Assembly: GCF_002113885.1 (NCBI RefSeq) | Contig: NW_018480070.1 | Coordinates: 248,001-312,000 of the forward strand | DNA: 64,000 nucleotides | Direction: 5' to 3' | Source of the DNA: Mizuhopecten yessoensis | Taxonomy: Eukaryota | Translations under genes and position numbers: made by a program | Notes under the pieces: generated by a model | What the model was told of the DNA's origin: nothing | The model's database searches: none | The model's input: only the letters and a program-made list of their open reading frames with translations | Part shown: in pieces, positions 25,189-38,328 of the stretch | Layout: each line of letters opens with the position of its first letter | How positions within the stretch are numbered: position 1 is the stretch's first letter

Positions 25189-28100
25189 CGTTCGCCGAAA
25201 TCTTTCGTTTCCGAACGTACACGTCCACTTGTTCGCTCCGTACACAGGGTGATGCTATGATATAAGCGACATGTGATACATAGTTTTGTTTGATTCGTTG
25301 TATTACTTTATCCGCTTATTTTTTATTATGCCATACACTAATACAGATAAACAAACATTGGCTACCAAAATGTGTGCTCATCATTACTGACAAGAAAAAA
25401 ACATAGCATACATTTTCCCCCATACATTCCATTCAAAATTATGATGATATCTGCACTACATCATGGTTAATAGTATCAGCTGCAAAACAAATGACGCCAT
25501 AGAATGTTGTTATGTCACGTGATCATAACGTTACACTTTGTTGACAATGTAACTATGGTCCAAACAGTCTTTGCCATTGCTTTGGAAAGTGTTTTTTGTA
25601 AGATAAACGGGTTTTAATTGGAAACAGACGGATAATCCATTAACTATTTTAATGTAGAGTCAATCATGGGGATCGGAGGTCAACGGGCTTTTGTGCCTAA
25701 AATTAAGGACATGTTCCCAAGCATTTGAAATACCCAGGAAGTAAATTGTTTCAGATTCTTGATAGGCGTTTTTCAGAAAATTTTGTTCTCAATTCAAAAG
25801 AGCTTTTTTTTCTGATATATGGGACATTCGCCAGAGCTTCGCAAAACAATGCACTAAAATCACAATATGAATGGACATGGAATGACACAATGCAAATGTA
25901 AAATTTCAAGAATCATTTTCGTCAATGAAAGTGAGAAAAGTTTGTAATAGTCCAGACGTCTACCTACGCAACGTGATGTCTTGCACTATGACCGTAGCTT
26001 AATATTTGTTTATAGTGCTTCGAAAATATCAGATGGAGTTAAGTGTTTGTTAGGAAAACAACGAAACACATGCGTTATTGCAAAACAAGAAGTTCGATAA
26101 TGGCTGTCTCAATTTCAACGTAAATATCAAAATATAATCATTCATACTTAGTATTAACAATATATATCATAATTTAGCTTATACGATTCTTTTATGACGA
26201 AACGGCTGGTTTGTACTATCAGTAAGACTTTGTCGATAGCGTAAACTATCAGATAAATAAAGGCTAGAACGTTCGTCAAATAGAAAACCCTGCTTATTGA
26301 TATCTTCGTTGTTGTTTAGTGTCTTTTTAGTGTCTTGTCGTATTACATTTGAGTTTAAATTTGATCCTTCTGTGTCTTTGCCTTGATAGTTGTGTTCTAC
26401 TTTAAGTAGTTATGAGTTGAAGAGCTGGGATGGACATAGTAATACTAGGAATTCCTTAGGTGCCTAACTTCTATATTAATAGTGTGAACTGCTGACCTTA
26501 GACCACATTAGAATACTTTGTTTAACAAATACAAAACTCCTTGATATAAGATTAATTTGTGTATCTTTTTTTTTTATATAATTGTAAGGGATTAGATTTG
26601 TCTTCCTTAAAAATGAATGTTTCTTGATAAGGTCTCTTGATTAATACCTTTCACATCAAATATGTTTTCTAAGTAAAATAGAAAAATGGAAATCGATGCA
26701 ATCGACGTAGATACAAAAAATGAATAAAAGGATCTTAAGGGATTCGAGAAAAAAACCCGGGAAACATGAGAACTCGGATTTTAAGGTGATTAGTTGGATT
26801 AAGCGTATCTGCACCACATGTGTCATCGTTCATGATGTCTCGTGCACAATTTAGGAAACATATTGGTCACCAAGGGTTTCGTCATATGGTAGACTTCAAT
26901 TCAGGTATTTCAAGATAAAGATAAAACACATAAATTGTTTTAATCTTTGCCGCTGAATCATTGAGAAATTTTCGGTGCCATATACTCCTAGTTGCATTAC
27001 TTATAATAGAGTACCATGTTACTGTTCAATGTCAATAGAGGCTCCGTTTTCAGTATCAATGATAGGTTCTGAATCGAACAAAAGACGGAAATGAAATTTG
27101 GATATGACAGGAAACACTCATACCAGCACACACTCACACACACAACCACACACAAAGAATAAAATACAGACCCAAAAATATCACGCAATAAGATATTTAA
27201 GCATTGAACTGTTTTTGTATGGTATTCATGATCTATTTGACTGACACAGCTTTGCAAGCAAACAACATAATGCATAGTTCAATACTTATATTTACGTTTT
27301 CTCTGCATCTTATGTTCTTTTTTAACTTCTAATTTATATTCAAAATTAAAAATGCCCGCCTTATCGACAGTTCACACAATTTCGTTCAATAGTTTGAACA
27401 GCGTATTGTCGCGTGCTGATTGGCAAACACGGTAGTACTTTGAAATTTTAACAACCATTTCAATTTTATTCCACAATTCAGTATCAATACAATTGCGTAT
27501 GATATGTCTATAGGGTGATTTAAGTTTATCAATAGAACTCTGAGCTGAAAGTTAGATTTGAAATTGTTTCGCGCATGGACAAATACAGTGAACACCGTAA
27601 ATCCGACCTTGCCCTCCACGAGGGAGTTATTTTTGGAAGTTAATTCGAACTTTTCTCTTTGCTCATTTTGTGAAGAAACCAGGCGTGAATTTATTTGTTG
27701 ATTGTATGGGAACCTGACAACAGTCGGTAGATTCTATAACAGCATCGTTATTTGACATGTCGTCAGAAACTGAGGAACCGTGGATGCGAGACGCGTGAAA
27801 CTGATAGCGTTTGAAGTGAGTGATCTTGCGACGGAGCACAGGTTCGTTACAAATGTCTGAAATGTTTATGTGTGCTGTGACTCATATCAGTAGGTCTGTA
27901 ACATATGTGTCAGTAGGTCTATAGAATATGTGTATTTCAGACATTTGTAACGAACCCCTGTTGATCAGTGCAGTGTAACAGACGATATTTCTGATAAATT
28001 GCATGAGCGTTAAAATTGTTTCCATTGCCGGCATTGGTGATTTCAACCGATGTGCATTTTGTACGATATTGCAGACCTTGGTCTTGTTTTCGTTGTAATA

Positions 28101-28498
28101 AAAGTGTTTTTTCATTTTATTTTTTATTTTGCAAATTAATTTACAATGACATTGTCAAATCTCACAATGCCCAGCGATATGTCAGCAGCCGTCATGTTTA
28201 TTTATATTGGAAATTGTAGTTCCGATCAGTGTTGTATTAATACGCTAAGAATTGTGTCTCGTGATGCATGGTAATTAAAGTCCCATCAACGACACAGTTT
28301 TTAAAGAGGCTATATAGTGACAATGCCATGCAAATGTAAATATATAGCTTTATTTTCGACAAATAACAAGGTATAAACATTCTTTGCCATTGCTTTGGAA
28401 TGAGTTTTTTTTTTTGTGTAAAATAAAATGGTTTTAATTAGAGACAGACGATAACCATTAACAAGAAAATATATTGGTATTGTGTCAATAGCATATTT

Positions 28499-29344
28499 AT
28501 TAACTTACCGGGTCCGATGGACTAAGGTGAGCTTATGCCATACCGTGGCGTCCGACGGTGACGAGTGCACATATGCTTCCAGGATGGCTCCGGGGTCTGT
28601 CCCACCCTTAAAGACTTAACCCCTGGGTCGTAACTTTTAAACAATTAAGATCCCCACCCCAAAAACTATATATACAATTGCTGGGCATAAAGAGACAAAT
28701 GCAGTCATAATATTATAATTGACCCCAGAGTCTTCCCCACCGTTGTAAACTTGAATTCTTGGTCATAACTTTGAAATCCTCACCCCAAAAATATATATCC
28801 AAATGCTGGGCATAAAGAGATGAATGCAGATATGATATTAAAAATTGATCATGGGGTTCGGCCAAACCCCTAGGGACGTAGTTTCTGAGTCTCAGGTCTC
28901 AGTTGAGATCCCCACCCAATAACCATATACCCAATTTCTGAGTATAAAGAGACGAATGCACATATGCTTCCAGGAGGGCCCGATGTCTGCCCCACCATTG
29001 GAGACTTAACCCCTGGGTTATAACTTTAAAACGGTTGAGATCCCCACCCCAAAACTATATATACAATTACCGGGCCTAAAGAGACGAATGCAGTCATGAT
29101 ATAAGAATTGACCCTGGGTCTGGCCACAACCCTAGGGACTTTCTGAGTCACAGCTTGGAAACAGTTGAGATCCCCACCCCATAACAATACATATAATTGT
29201 TGGGCATGAAAAAATCTAATACAGATATGCTACAAGGATTGGCCTGACGGTCTGTTCCATTTCCTGGGATCTTATTTGGAGAATATTTTTCTATGATTGC
29301 TTAGATATCCAGGTGAGCTATACAGGCCCTCTGGGCCTCTTGTT
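28499..29344 (-). mobile_element. Helentron/HINE-like non-autonomous element with an internal ~130-bp tandem array (5-6 units)
   Basis: Minus-strand start AACAAGAGGCCCAGAGGGCCTGTATAGCTCACCTGG; end ...GGCATAAGCTCACC...; ATCCCCACCC recurs at about 28650, 28778, 28908, 29040 and 29170. Confidence 0.75.
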
Positions 29345-29994
29345 GCTAGAGGGAATATTAAACTCTTGATTACATTGCAAGGCAACCCAGTCAACGACAA
29401 TAAGTCCTAAAGGAGGTTTTGTTTGGAATTTTGTCGTGTGTTCAAAACCAGATTTTATTATATAATGAATAATAAAAATATATATATAAATTAGTATCTT
29501 TGGCCAACAAAATAAGGTTTCAGTAAAATCCTGTGTCACTGTACATTTGTCTACTTCCTGCGGTAGTAGCTGACATTTCGGTGAGGTGCTTCCTCCTCAA
29601 CAATACTTGTATATATTGGACTATCTTCCATGACTACTAAATGTTATTGTTCTTCGTTTCTTTTGTTTTATCACGAACTCACTTAGCAATTATCGAAGAC
29701 ACGTATCTAATTTGACAAGTCAAAATGCTATTTAAACCTGAATCAGATACAACCATGCAGAGTTTACGTAAAACAATACCAGATATAAGGTTAAGACAAA
29801 GATCAGATACAACGACTGTGTAACAATAGGTGGTATTTGACATTGATTTACTCTAACCGACCTTGTTCTCAATGGAAATATATATGTTTTTGTGTACTTG
29901 GCAATGGGTAATCCTATGATTTAAAGACGTTGTAAACCTGCAAACGATCATTAGTTCATTTCTGTTGCACGTTCAACATCGCACTCTTGTCAAA

Positions 29995-31879
29995 ATGGCT
30001 CAGCAAAATGAAGGTCTTGATTTGACAGCCAGAGATCCAAACTCCCTTCATGGGGACATACAGGTTAGCTTTTCATTTTTTCTGTTTTTCTTTCTTGTTG
30101 TCATATACCTATTGACATAAGTCGGTTGTCAGGTATGATAATGCGATTGAGTGGAATTGGGGGTATTGATAGGGGGAGTTAAGTAACTCAATAGGAATGA
30201 GTAAATGAATGTTTGTTCTTATTTGATAGGCAAAGCGTCATCTAAGGAAAATGTGAAGCAATCATCTTCATTTTTTTTATGTTTCTATTTAAAGTCAGTT
30301 CCTACAGATTTTTTTATCATTTATCCGTGCTTCTTACATAGTGTTACCTGTTTAAATGTGCAATTTAACATTTCAAAAAGGATAATGTAAGGATGTAAGA
30401 AAGATAATTGATCAGTCTCAACCCTTTAGTGTAATTATAAATAAACAATGCATCGACATTTGTTAAGATGACTTTGCGATGACCGTGTGATGTTATTAAG
30501 GTCATTGGAGTGTATCGATAAACGGAAACAGGAAGTACATCCCTAGTTGAAAATCCAATGTAGGGAGACAGTATCACAATTTCCGCAAATTCCAATGTTT
30601 AATATTAAACTGATGGATATTGTATGTTTATTATTGACAGAACAGTGTGTTCTCTCAATATTAAAGTATTTCAAAGCAATCCAGGCATCAATTCAGGGTT
30701 TTTTTCAATGAGTCACATGTGTCCATTTTTTCTGTACTTCAGGAAACCGGCTACCTATTTCACTACTGTGAAGGTTTTCAAGAACGATAACTCTTACCTG
30801 CAATTACTATGTGTATATGGTTTTATCATAAAATGTCAATTTGTATATCGTGTATAGAGAATTAATTTTACACAATTTCAGCATTCATTAAATTGATATA
30901 CATTAATGCAATACTAATATTTGTCAGTATCATTTTTATTGACATTATTTTGTAAAAATATTGTGTCTTTCATTTTTTTTTTCAAAATTCACTCCTCTCT
31001 ACATAAATTTCCATTTAAAATCCTTAAAATTCTGAGAACCTATATTTTTTTTTCGGCAGAAAATTTTCTTTACTTTAAAGCAATATAACTACAAAATTTG
31101 AAGAAATTCTAACGAGAAATGGTGACACAATCCTATTACCTTAATATACTTTATATGCTTATATTATTTTAATTATTTCATGTGGTATTCAATATGGTTC
31201 TTAGCGAAATATTTAACACTATTTCTGCAACATTAAATTCTCACCAAAGTTATAATTTAAAATTCTTATTTTGTTTATGTGTGAATCTGTCTTAAACTCT
31301 ATTACATTATATCAAAAATCAAGTATATTGTGAAACGTTTGATCTTTACATTCCCGTTCTGACGTATTAAATATATTGTAACAGAATGCAGTTCATTATT
31401 TCTATAGTAGTAAGCAATGTTGATTATCACTAGCGATTAACTTGTTTATCGATAATGTAAATCTTGAGTTATGCACTTAATACAAAGAAATGAATTCTGC
31501 AATGTATGCTGATCATATATATAATAGTAGTGACTTCCTTTAACAGGTTGCCTTTCACGATGTGTTGGGCGAGCCAGACGGTACCCATAGTATCGACTGT
31601 TTGTGGACCTCCTCTCACACGTGCTTCACCTGCTCAAAGAACTGCTGCTACAAGTTTGTCAGTACTTTGTGTGGCCTCTGCATCGCTGTTGCCTGGGGTT
31701 GTGAGTTCGCCCTGATCACCTTTGAGGCAGTGTGGTGCTTTACACCAGCTCTCAAGGCCTACTCAATAATTATGGGAATTAATCAGCGGTGCTTCGGTAT
31801 TCTCATCAGCTGCTGTCTTGCTCCAATCTGTGAAACATTTGGATTATGCTTCAGTAATATTTCAATGAAAAAGATGTGA
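29995..31879 (+). CDS. Caveolin B (133 aa); join(29995..30063,31547..31879)
   Basis: Exon 1 MAQQNEGLDLTARDPNSLHGDIQ|GTTAG; exon 2 (333 bp) VAFHDVLGEPDGTHSIDCLW...FSNISMKKM*. Confidence 0.95.
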
Positions 31880-32229
31880 AAACAATTGACAATCGATGAG
31901 ATATCTAAACTGATCGATAAATGTTACGTTTTCATATACTTGAAGGTGAGAGGATATCTTATGAAAATGCAGTGACTTCTAGATGACTTGTCTTGATAGC
32001 TGCATGACTTCGATAAGCTGAAACATGCTTTGTGCATATCAGGAACAAATCTAGAATCGTAATCACACGGACGTTCATAACATACCGTATAATGGAATGT
32101 CTAGATGCTTAACTGTAAAAAGTGTCGGTCACCAGCAGGCTAAATTAAAATGTTAAATAATTTATATGTTGTGCTTATTTCTTTCTTTGTTTGTTTTTAA
32201 ATATGCTGTAAAATAAGCTAGGCATATTA

Positions 32230-34135
32230 TATCAATAAGCCCCGGTCGATACAGAAGCATCTAATAAGTGAACCTATTACACTGATATAGACTCGTCTAA
32301 TAAGTATACCTAATACACTGATTCAAAACCGGCTAACAAGTATACCTATTACACTGATACCGAACCGTTTAACAAGTAATTACACCTATTACACTGATAC
32401 CGAACAGCAAACACGTTAACCTATTACAAAGATACAGAACCGGCTAACAAATTAACCTATTACCCTTATACAGAACCGGCTAACACGTAATTACACCTAT
32501 TGCACTGATACCGAACCAGCGAACAAGTTAACATATTACAAAGATACAGAACCGGCTAACAAGTTAACCTATTACCCTTATACAGAACCGGCTATCAAGT
32601 AATTACACCTATTACACTGATACCGAACCAGCTAACAAGTTAACATATTACAAAGATACAGAACCGGCTAACAAGTAAACCTATTACACTGATACCAAAC
32701 CGGCTAACATGTATACCTATTACACTGATACAGAACCGGCGAACAGGTAATTACACCTATTACACTGATACCGAACCGGCTAACACGTTAACCTAATACA
32801 CTGATGCAGAACCGGCTTCCAAGTAAACCGATTACACTGATATAGGTTTAGCTAACAAGTTTACCTATTACACTGATACAGAACCGGGTAACAAGTATAC
32901 CTATTACACTGATACAGAACCGACTAACAAGTAATTACACCTATTACACTGATACCGAACCGGCTAACACGTTAACCTAATACACTGATGCAGAACCGGC
33001 TTCCAAGTAAACCGATTACACTGATGTAGGATCGGCTAACAAGTTTACCTATTACACTGATACAGAACCGGCTAACAAGTAAACCTATTACACTGATACA
33101 GAACCGACTAAAACGTATACCTATTACACTGATACAGAACTGGCTAACACGTTAACCTTTTACACTGATACCGAATCGGCTAACACGTAAACCTTTTACA
33201 CTGATACAGAACCGACTAACAAGTATACCTATTACGCTGATACAGAACTGGCTAACACGTTAACCCATTAAACTGATACCGAACCGGCTAACAAGTAAAC
33301 CTTTTACACTGATACAGAATTGGCTAACACGTTAACCTATTACACTGATACCAAACCGGCTAAACAATTAAACCCATTACACTGATACAGAACCAACTAA
33401 AACGTTAACCTTTTACACTGATACCGAACCGGCTAACAAGTAAACCTTTTACACTGATACAGAACCGACTAACAAGTATACCTATTAGATTGATACAGAA
33501 CCGACTAACAAGTAAACCGATTAAGCTGATACTGAACTGGCTAACACGTTAACCCATTAAACTGATACCGAACCGGCTAACAAGTAAACCTTTTACACTG
33601 ATACAGAACCAACTAAAACGTATACCTATTACACTGATACAGAACTGGCTAACACGTTAACCCATTACACTGATACCGAACCGGCTAACAAGTTAACCTA
33701 TTACACTGATACAGAACCAACTAAAACGTATACCTATTACACTGATACAGAACTGGCTAACACGTTAACACTGATACCGAACTGGCTAAACAATTAAACA
33801 TATTTCATTGATACAGAACTGGCTATCAAGTATACCTATTACACTGATATAGGACCGGCTAACACGTATACCTATTACACTGATACAGAACCGGCTAACA
33901 AGTAAACCGATTACACTGATACAGAACCGACTAACAAGTTATTACACCTATTACACTGATACAGAACTGGCTAACACGTTAACACTGATACCGAACTGGC
34001 TAAACAATTAAACATATTTCATTGATACAGAACCTGCTAACATTTTAACCCATTACACTGATACAGAACCGGCTCTCAAGTATACCTATTACACTGATAT
34101 AGGACCGGCTAACAAATATATATATTACACTGATA
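32230..34135. repeat. 36-bp minisatellite (CCTATTACACTGATACAGAACCGGCTAACAAGTAAA; 39-bp variants), about 1.9 kb
   Basis: Period of 36 bp (TACAGAACC at 33061 and 33097). Confidence 0.97.
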
Positions 34136-34645
34136 CATGATAGGTTAAACAGTACATCTGTACACTGATTACGATACATAAATACATTTAATATACATAG
34201 GAAATATGCTGACATGAGCATGTTGCCATAGTAATATCTTTCACATTTTATTAATGTCTGCTTACTGGTCTCAATAAATGTTAATTTCAATTACCTATTA
34301 TATTTTGGTGGTTGTATTTAATGTATTAAAATAAACAATATATTTCTACAAGATGATAACAAATCTTTGCATATACCTTTTTGTATAATAGTGAATTGTA
34401 CCATAAAGTACATATAAGCATCACATTATACTATAAAATACAAGTACCATATTGTTTTATACTATACAATGCATTTAGCACAGTGTATATTTCTATAGAA
34501 ACCTGGACCACATTGTTGTGAGTTATGCTAAGTATTTTATACTACAAAATATACACATATGTATTTTTCACAGACACAACGAGTTGGTAACAGTCAGGGG
34601 CACTAAATTCCTTTGTTTAAATATATTAATTTAGTTAATCTAGCC

Positions 34646-35446
34646 ATGGATGGTTATACATTCGACCTGATGAACAGAGATCCTAACTCGCTCAAATTTT
34701 CTATAGAGGTTAGAGGTATGTATTATTTGTTATGATTTGGTTCAATTAAATGAATATTCCTTAAAGTGAATATTATTACATTTTCGCCAGACAAATATCG
34801 AACTTTATCACTTGATAAAAATGAGATATTTTGCTCTATAACAGATATCAAAAATGATATTTTACAGTATGAAAAAAACATTTATGGGATTCATTTATCA
34901 GAACGGCACTTTCTATTCACTTCATTCGAAATTGCAGATAAAAATAAAACGAAGGTAGACTAAGTAGTTGTTTTGGATACATCTTAGCTAGATTTATTAG
35001 ACACCAATTTACATTTTACTATGTCTTATTTATCATGTAATCAAACTTATCAAACAATAGCACAAAATGGTAGAATTTGTTTTAATAGTTAGCTCTTAAT
35101 TTTTTTGTTTGGATAGGTTGCCTTTGAAGATGTTTTGGGAGAACCAGAAGGGACACATAGTATTGACTTATCTGGCAACACAGCTATTCTTGCTTCACGT
35201 GTGGAAAGAACTAGTGCTACAAGTTCATGAGTACTTGTGTGGCATTTGTATCGCGCTTTACTGGTGGTGTGAGTTCGGCATGATCACGTTCGAGATGGTG
35301 TGGTGCTGTACACCCTCTCTCAAAGTCCACACCATCCTTCTCGGGATTTGCCAACGTTTCTTCGGATCATGTATCCGGTGCTGCCTGGCTCCTCTCTGTG
35401 AAACCATGGGATTATGTTTCAGTAATATTACTATTAATAAAAGTGA
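34646..35446 (+). pseudogene. Caveolin C pseudogene; exon 1 34646..34708, exon 2 35117..35446
   Basis: Exon 1 MDGYTFDLMNRDPNSLKFSIE. Exon 2 starts VAFEDVLGEPEGTHSID, then has a 1-bp deletion (~35169), TAG at 35212-35214 in the ancestral frame, a second 1-bp deletion (~35235) and a third in the A-run before the ancestral TGA (35444). About 200 bp of promoter, including the TATA present in F/G, is missing. Confidence 0.92.
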
Positions 35447-37534
35447 GGGGCGTTGTTTAATGAATTTAGTAATTCGATAAACTAATCAACTTACTTTGTG
35501 CTATATAGTTATTGCTGCATTTACAATAAAATATTTGTTTATATATTGATATGCTCCTTCAACTCAAAGATAACCCAACAGCAAATTGAAGTTAAAAATG
35601 GCCACCGAAGGTGACATTTAATGACCAATTATTACATGACGTACATTTGATCACAGGTTAACTTACATAACCTAGATTACAAAGTGTACATCAATACACA
35701 CTGTTTTTCTAATTATCTAATTATGACCTTTAGCCATAGTGGGGTTGTAAAAATCCGCCCAAAATGAAGAAATATATATTTATATATGTTGTTAATTTGT
35801 TTTCCTTGTATACTTACATGAACATATGTTTGTCAACACATACACTCTCTCACTGGGTAATATTTGGAATTCAAATAATATTAAATGAAAACAAAGTTGT
35901 CTGCAAAAATCGGACACCAAATCTCGAAACTTTTTTTTCATAATTCGAGACGTTGCATAAATTGTTCAGGTTGCTGCTGTATTGACCATCAATGGATTAC
36001 GCATAATGTGCCTATGTTGTGAGGACAATGATAGTACACGATTCCATAAAAAAACAACCGGATATTATATGTTTTTAGGCTTAAAATACTGAAGTTAATA
36101 TATGAAACAATAGATTTGGATAATAATAAATACCAATACTTTCTTCCTTTTTTTGTTATTTTGAAAATGTATAGTGTATGTTTTTCAAGACATGCTTATT
36201 TCATCAACAAAGACGGTTTTGCCTAAATCAAGTGACAAGTAGGTAGCTAACGACGGTATTCCACCTAGAAATATTATGAACAGAGGTAATTATTTTTTCA
36301 ATGCCTTCGCTAGGAGTCAAAGGCAGGACCTCTGGATTAGTGGTCGCACACTCAACCGAATGCGCCAAAGATAATTTCTTCCTAGCCATGTCGTTAAGAA
36401 GCGGATAATATTTTACCACGGTGACAATTAAAATGATCGGATTGCCAGGTTCAGATGGGATCAATTAATAGACATTTCTGTCATTTTATTTACGATAATC
36501 GATGTTAACCTAGATGCTATCTAAATATTTTTCAACCATTTGTTTATTATCTTATTTAAAAACAAACATTTTCCCTTCATCTATTTACCATCTTCATTAG
36601 TATTGTAATTACGTATTGCACGTGATTAAGGGGAGAAGAAAACGAAAAAAGACATGATATTCGATATGTCAGTCAGGTGGGTAAGTGTACACATGTCTTC
36701 CTGAGTAACACATAAATGATTTGGCGATACAAATATGTCCAATTGTAAAGGGAAATTAACAAAATAGGTAAGGTTAATTGAATTAGAACAATACTGTTAT
36801 ATCTAGACAGAATATTGTTATATATAATTGGAAAAGGATAAAATACATCAGCATGACTAAAGGAGGTACAGTTGAGAAGTCCGATAACTCCAAACATCGG
36901 TATAGTGTAAGACAAACCGTCCGTGTCCCGAGAAAAAACAGTACCTCTTATAGGTATACAAAACACGTCAAGAGTTGTGGAGGGATTATTTTATTCAGTG
37001 AATGCAATATATAAAAACCTTGTTAAAAATTCTACAAATTAGATAAAAAGGCTCTTGTGTTAAAAAACCCACAAAAAAAACTTGATTGATAACAGAGCGC
37101 TTCTACAAAGAAATTATACTGATATCTTAAGCAATTTGCAGTAAAGTGAATTCTCCATGATTTTATAAATTGATGAGCAAGTAAGGGCGATATACAGCTG
37201 ATGAGGCAAGTTATCTTTTTGGAAATAAATGCGTTTCGTTTGTCATATATGTTGGCACTGGGATGACTAATATTCCCATATTATAGGTGAATAGCATGAT
37301 ATGCAGTCTATAGTATATTTAAATATGGCCATTAAGGATACATGAATGAGAAAAGAAAGTCATCACCAATATATTTAAATTTATAATTTTAGGATTGGAA
37401 AGTATTTTATCATTATCTGTAATACCGTTTAAAAATTAAGCTTCATACGGTTACACAAGCAGATCCTTGTTTCATACGCGTTTCTTATATATTATCCCTA
37501 GTAGTGTGACGTCACTTCTATCGACAATTAGATA

Positions 37535-37697
37535 TGGTACACCGGGAAACCTGTTGAAAACGATGTTCGCCCTGAATTCATTTTGCCCTTCACATTTAAT
37601 GGCATTGAATAGTACGCAGTGCACAAATATTCACTTTCATGATAAATTCGCCCTCATTACCGAACACGAAAAAAAGGCGAAAGTTCTCGGTATACGT
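37535..37697 (-). mobile_element. Degenerate MITE of the same family as 46201..46387, opposite orientation
   Basis: AATATTCACTTTCATGATAAATTCGCCCTCATTACCGAACACGAAAAAAAGGCGAAA matches the reverse complement of about 46236-46291. Confidence 0.6.
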
Positions 37698-38328
37698 TTG
37701 TTTACAAAACTGAGGCCAAACGAACTGGGTTGCGTTCATGATCCTAGACTTTATATAGATGCTGTATACAGCTTTGAATTTGCGGTAGTATTATTTTTGC
37801 GTTTTTCGTTAAAACGATATAGAACTTACTGTTTCAATTATCTTGTTAACTTAAGTCTTTTATTTACCGCTTAATTACATCTATTGTGAGCGACGAAATA
37901 GTGGTAGGTTTAGAATGAATATTTCAGATTACACATCTGAATACGTATCGCCTAACTCTAAAACTCATTGAGGCAATATTTAAATGACACGTTGTAGTGG
38001 ACAAGACATGATTGACACCCGAATGAGTGGAGTAATATAGAACAATATGTTACTTATATACACATATTTAAAGAATGTAACGATTCTTATCAATACGAAA
38101 ATAATGGGCTGACACAGTTAATGCGTTACAATAAACGTTGATTGTAGTCTAGATTGATTTATCGAAAAATGATCTATTCTGGTAGACATTAACAAGATTA
38201 TCTATGTTTTGGTGTATTGAACAGTTGCTAAGTTCCCTTCACGTGTTAGCAAATCTTTGTTTTAAAATTAGCTACATGGAATACGATCATTAACACGTTT
38301 GTGTCCAGATCTGTTGCGTACCAAAAAA

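Noticed and set aside
24383-25265. 289-aa His-rich (THNHIV)n ORF and overlapping 257-aa (CNNMIV)n antisense ORF
   Set aside because: Products of an 18-bp minisatellite that is stop-free in several frames on both strands; no splice or promoter context and no non-repetitive domain.
1-34135. 35-36-bp repeat arrays as possible CRISPR arrays
   Set aside because: Units are contiguous with no unique spacers, there are no cas genes, and the context is eukaryotic.
35109-35480. 123-aa ORF as an intact caveolin
   Set aside because: It begins in the intron and reaches the caveolin frame only after two frameshifts; it lacks the signature motif and overruns the ancestral stop.
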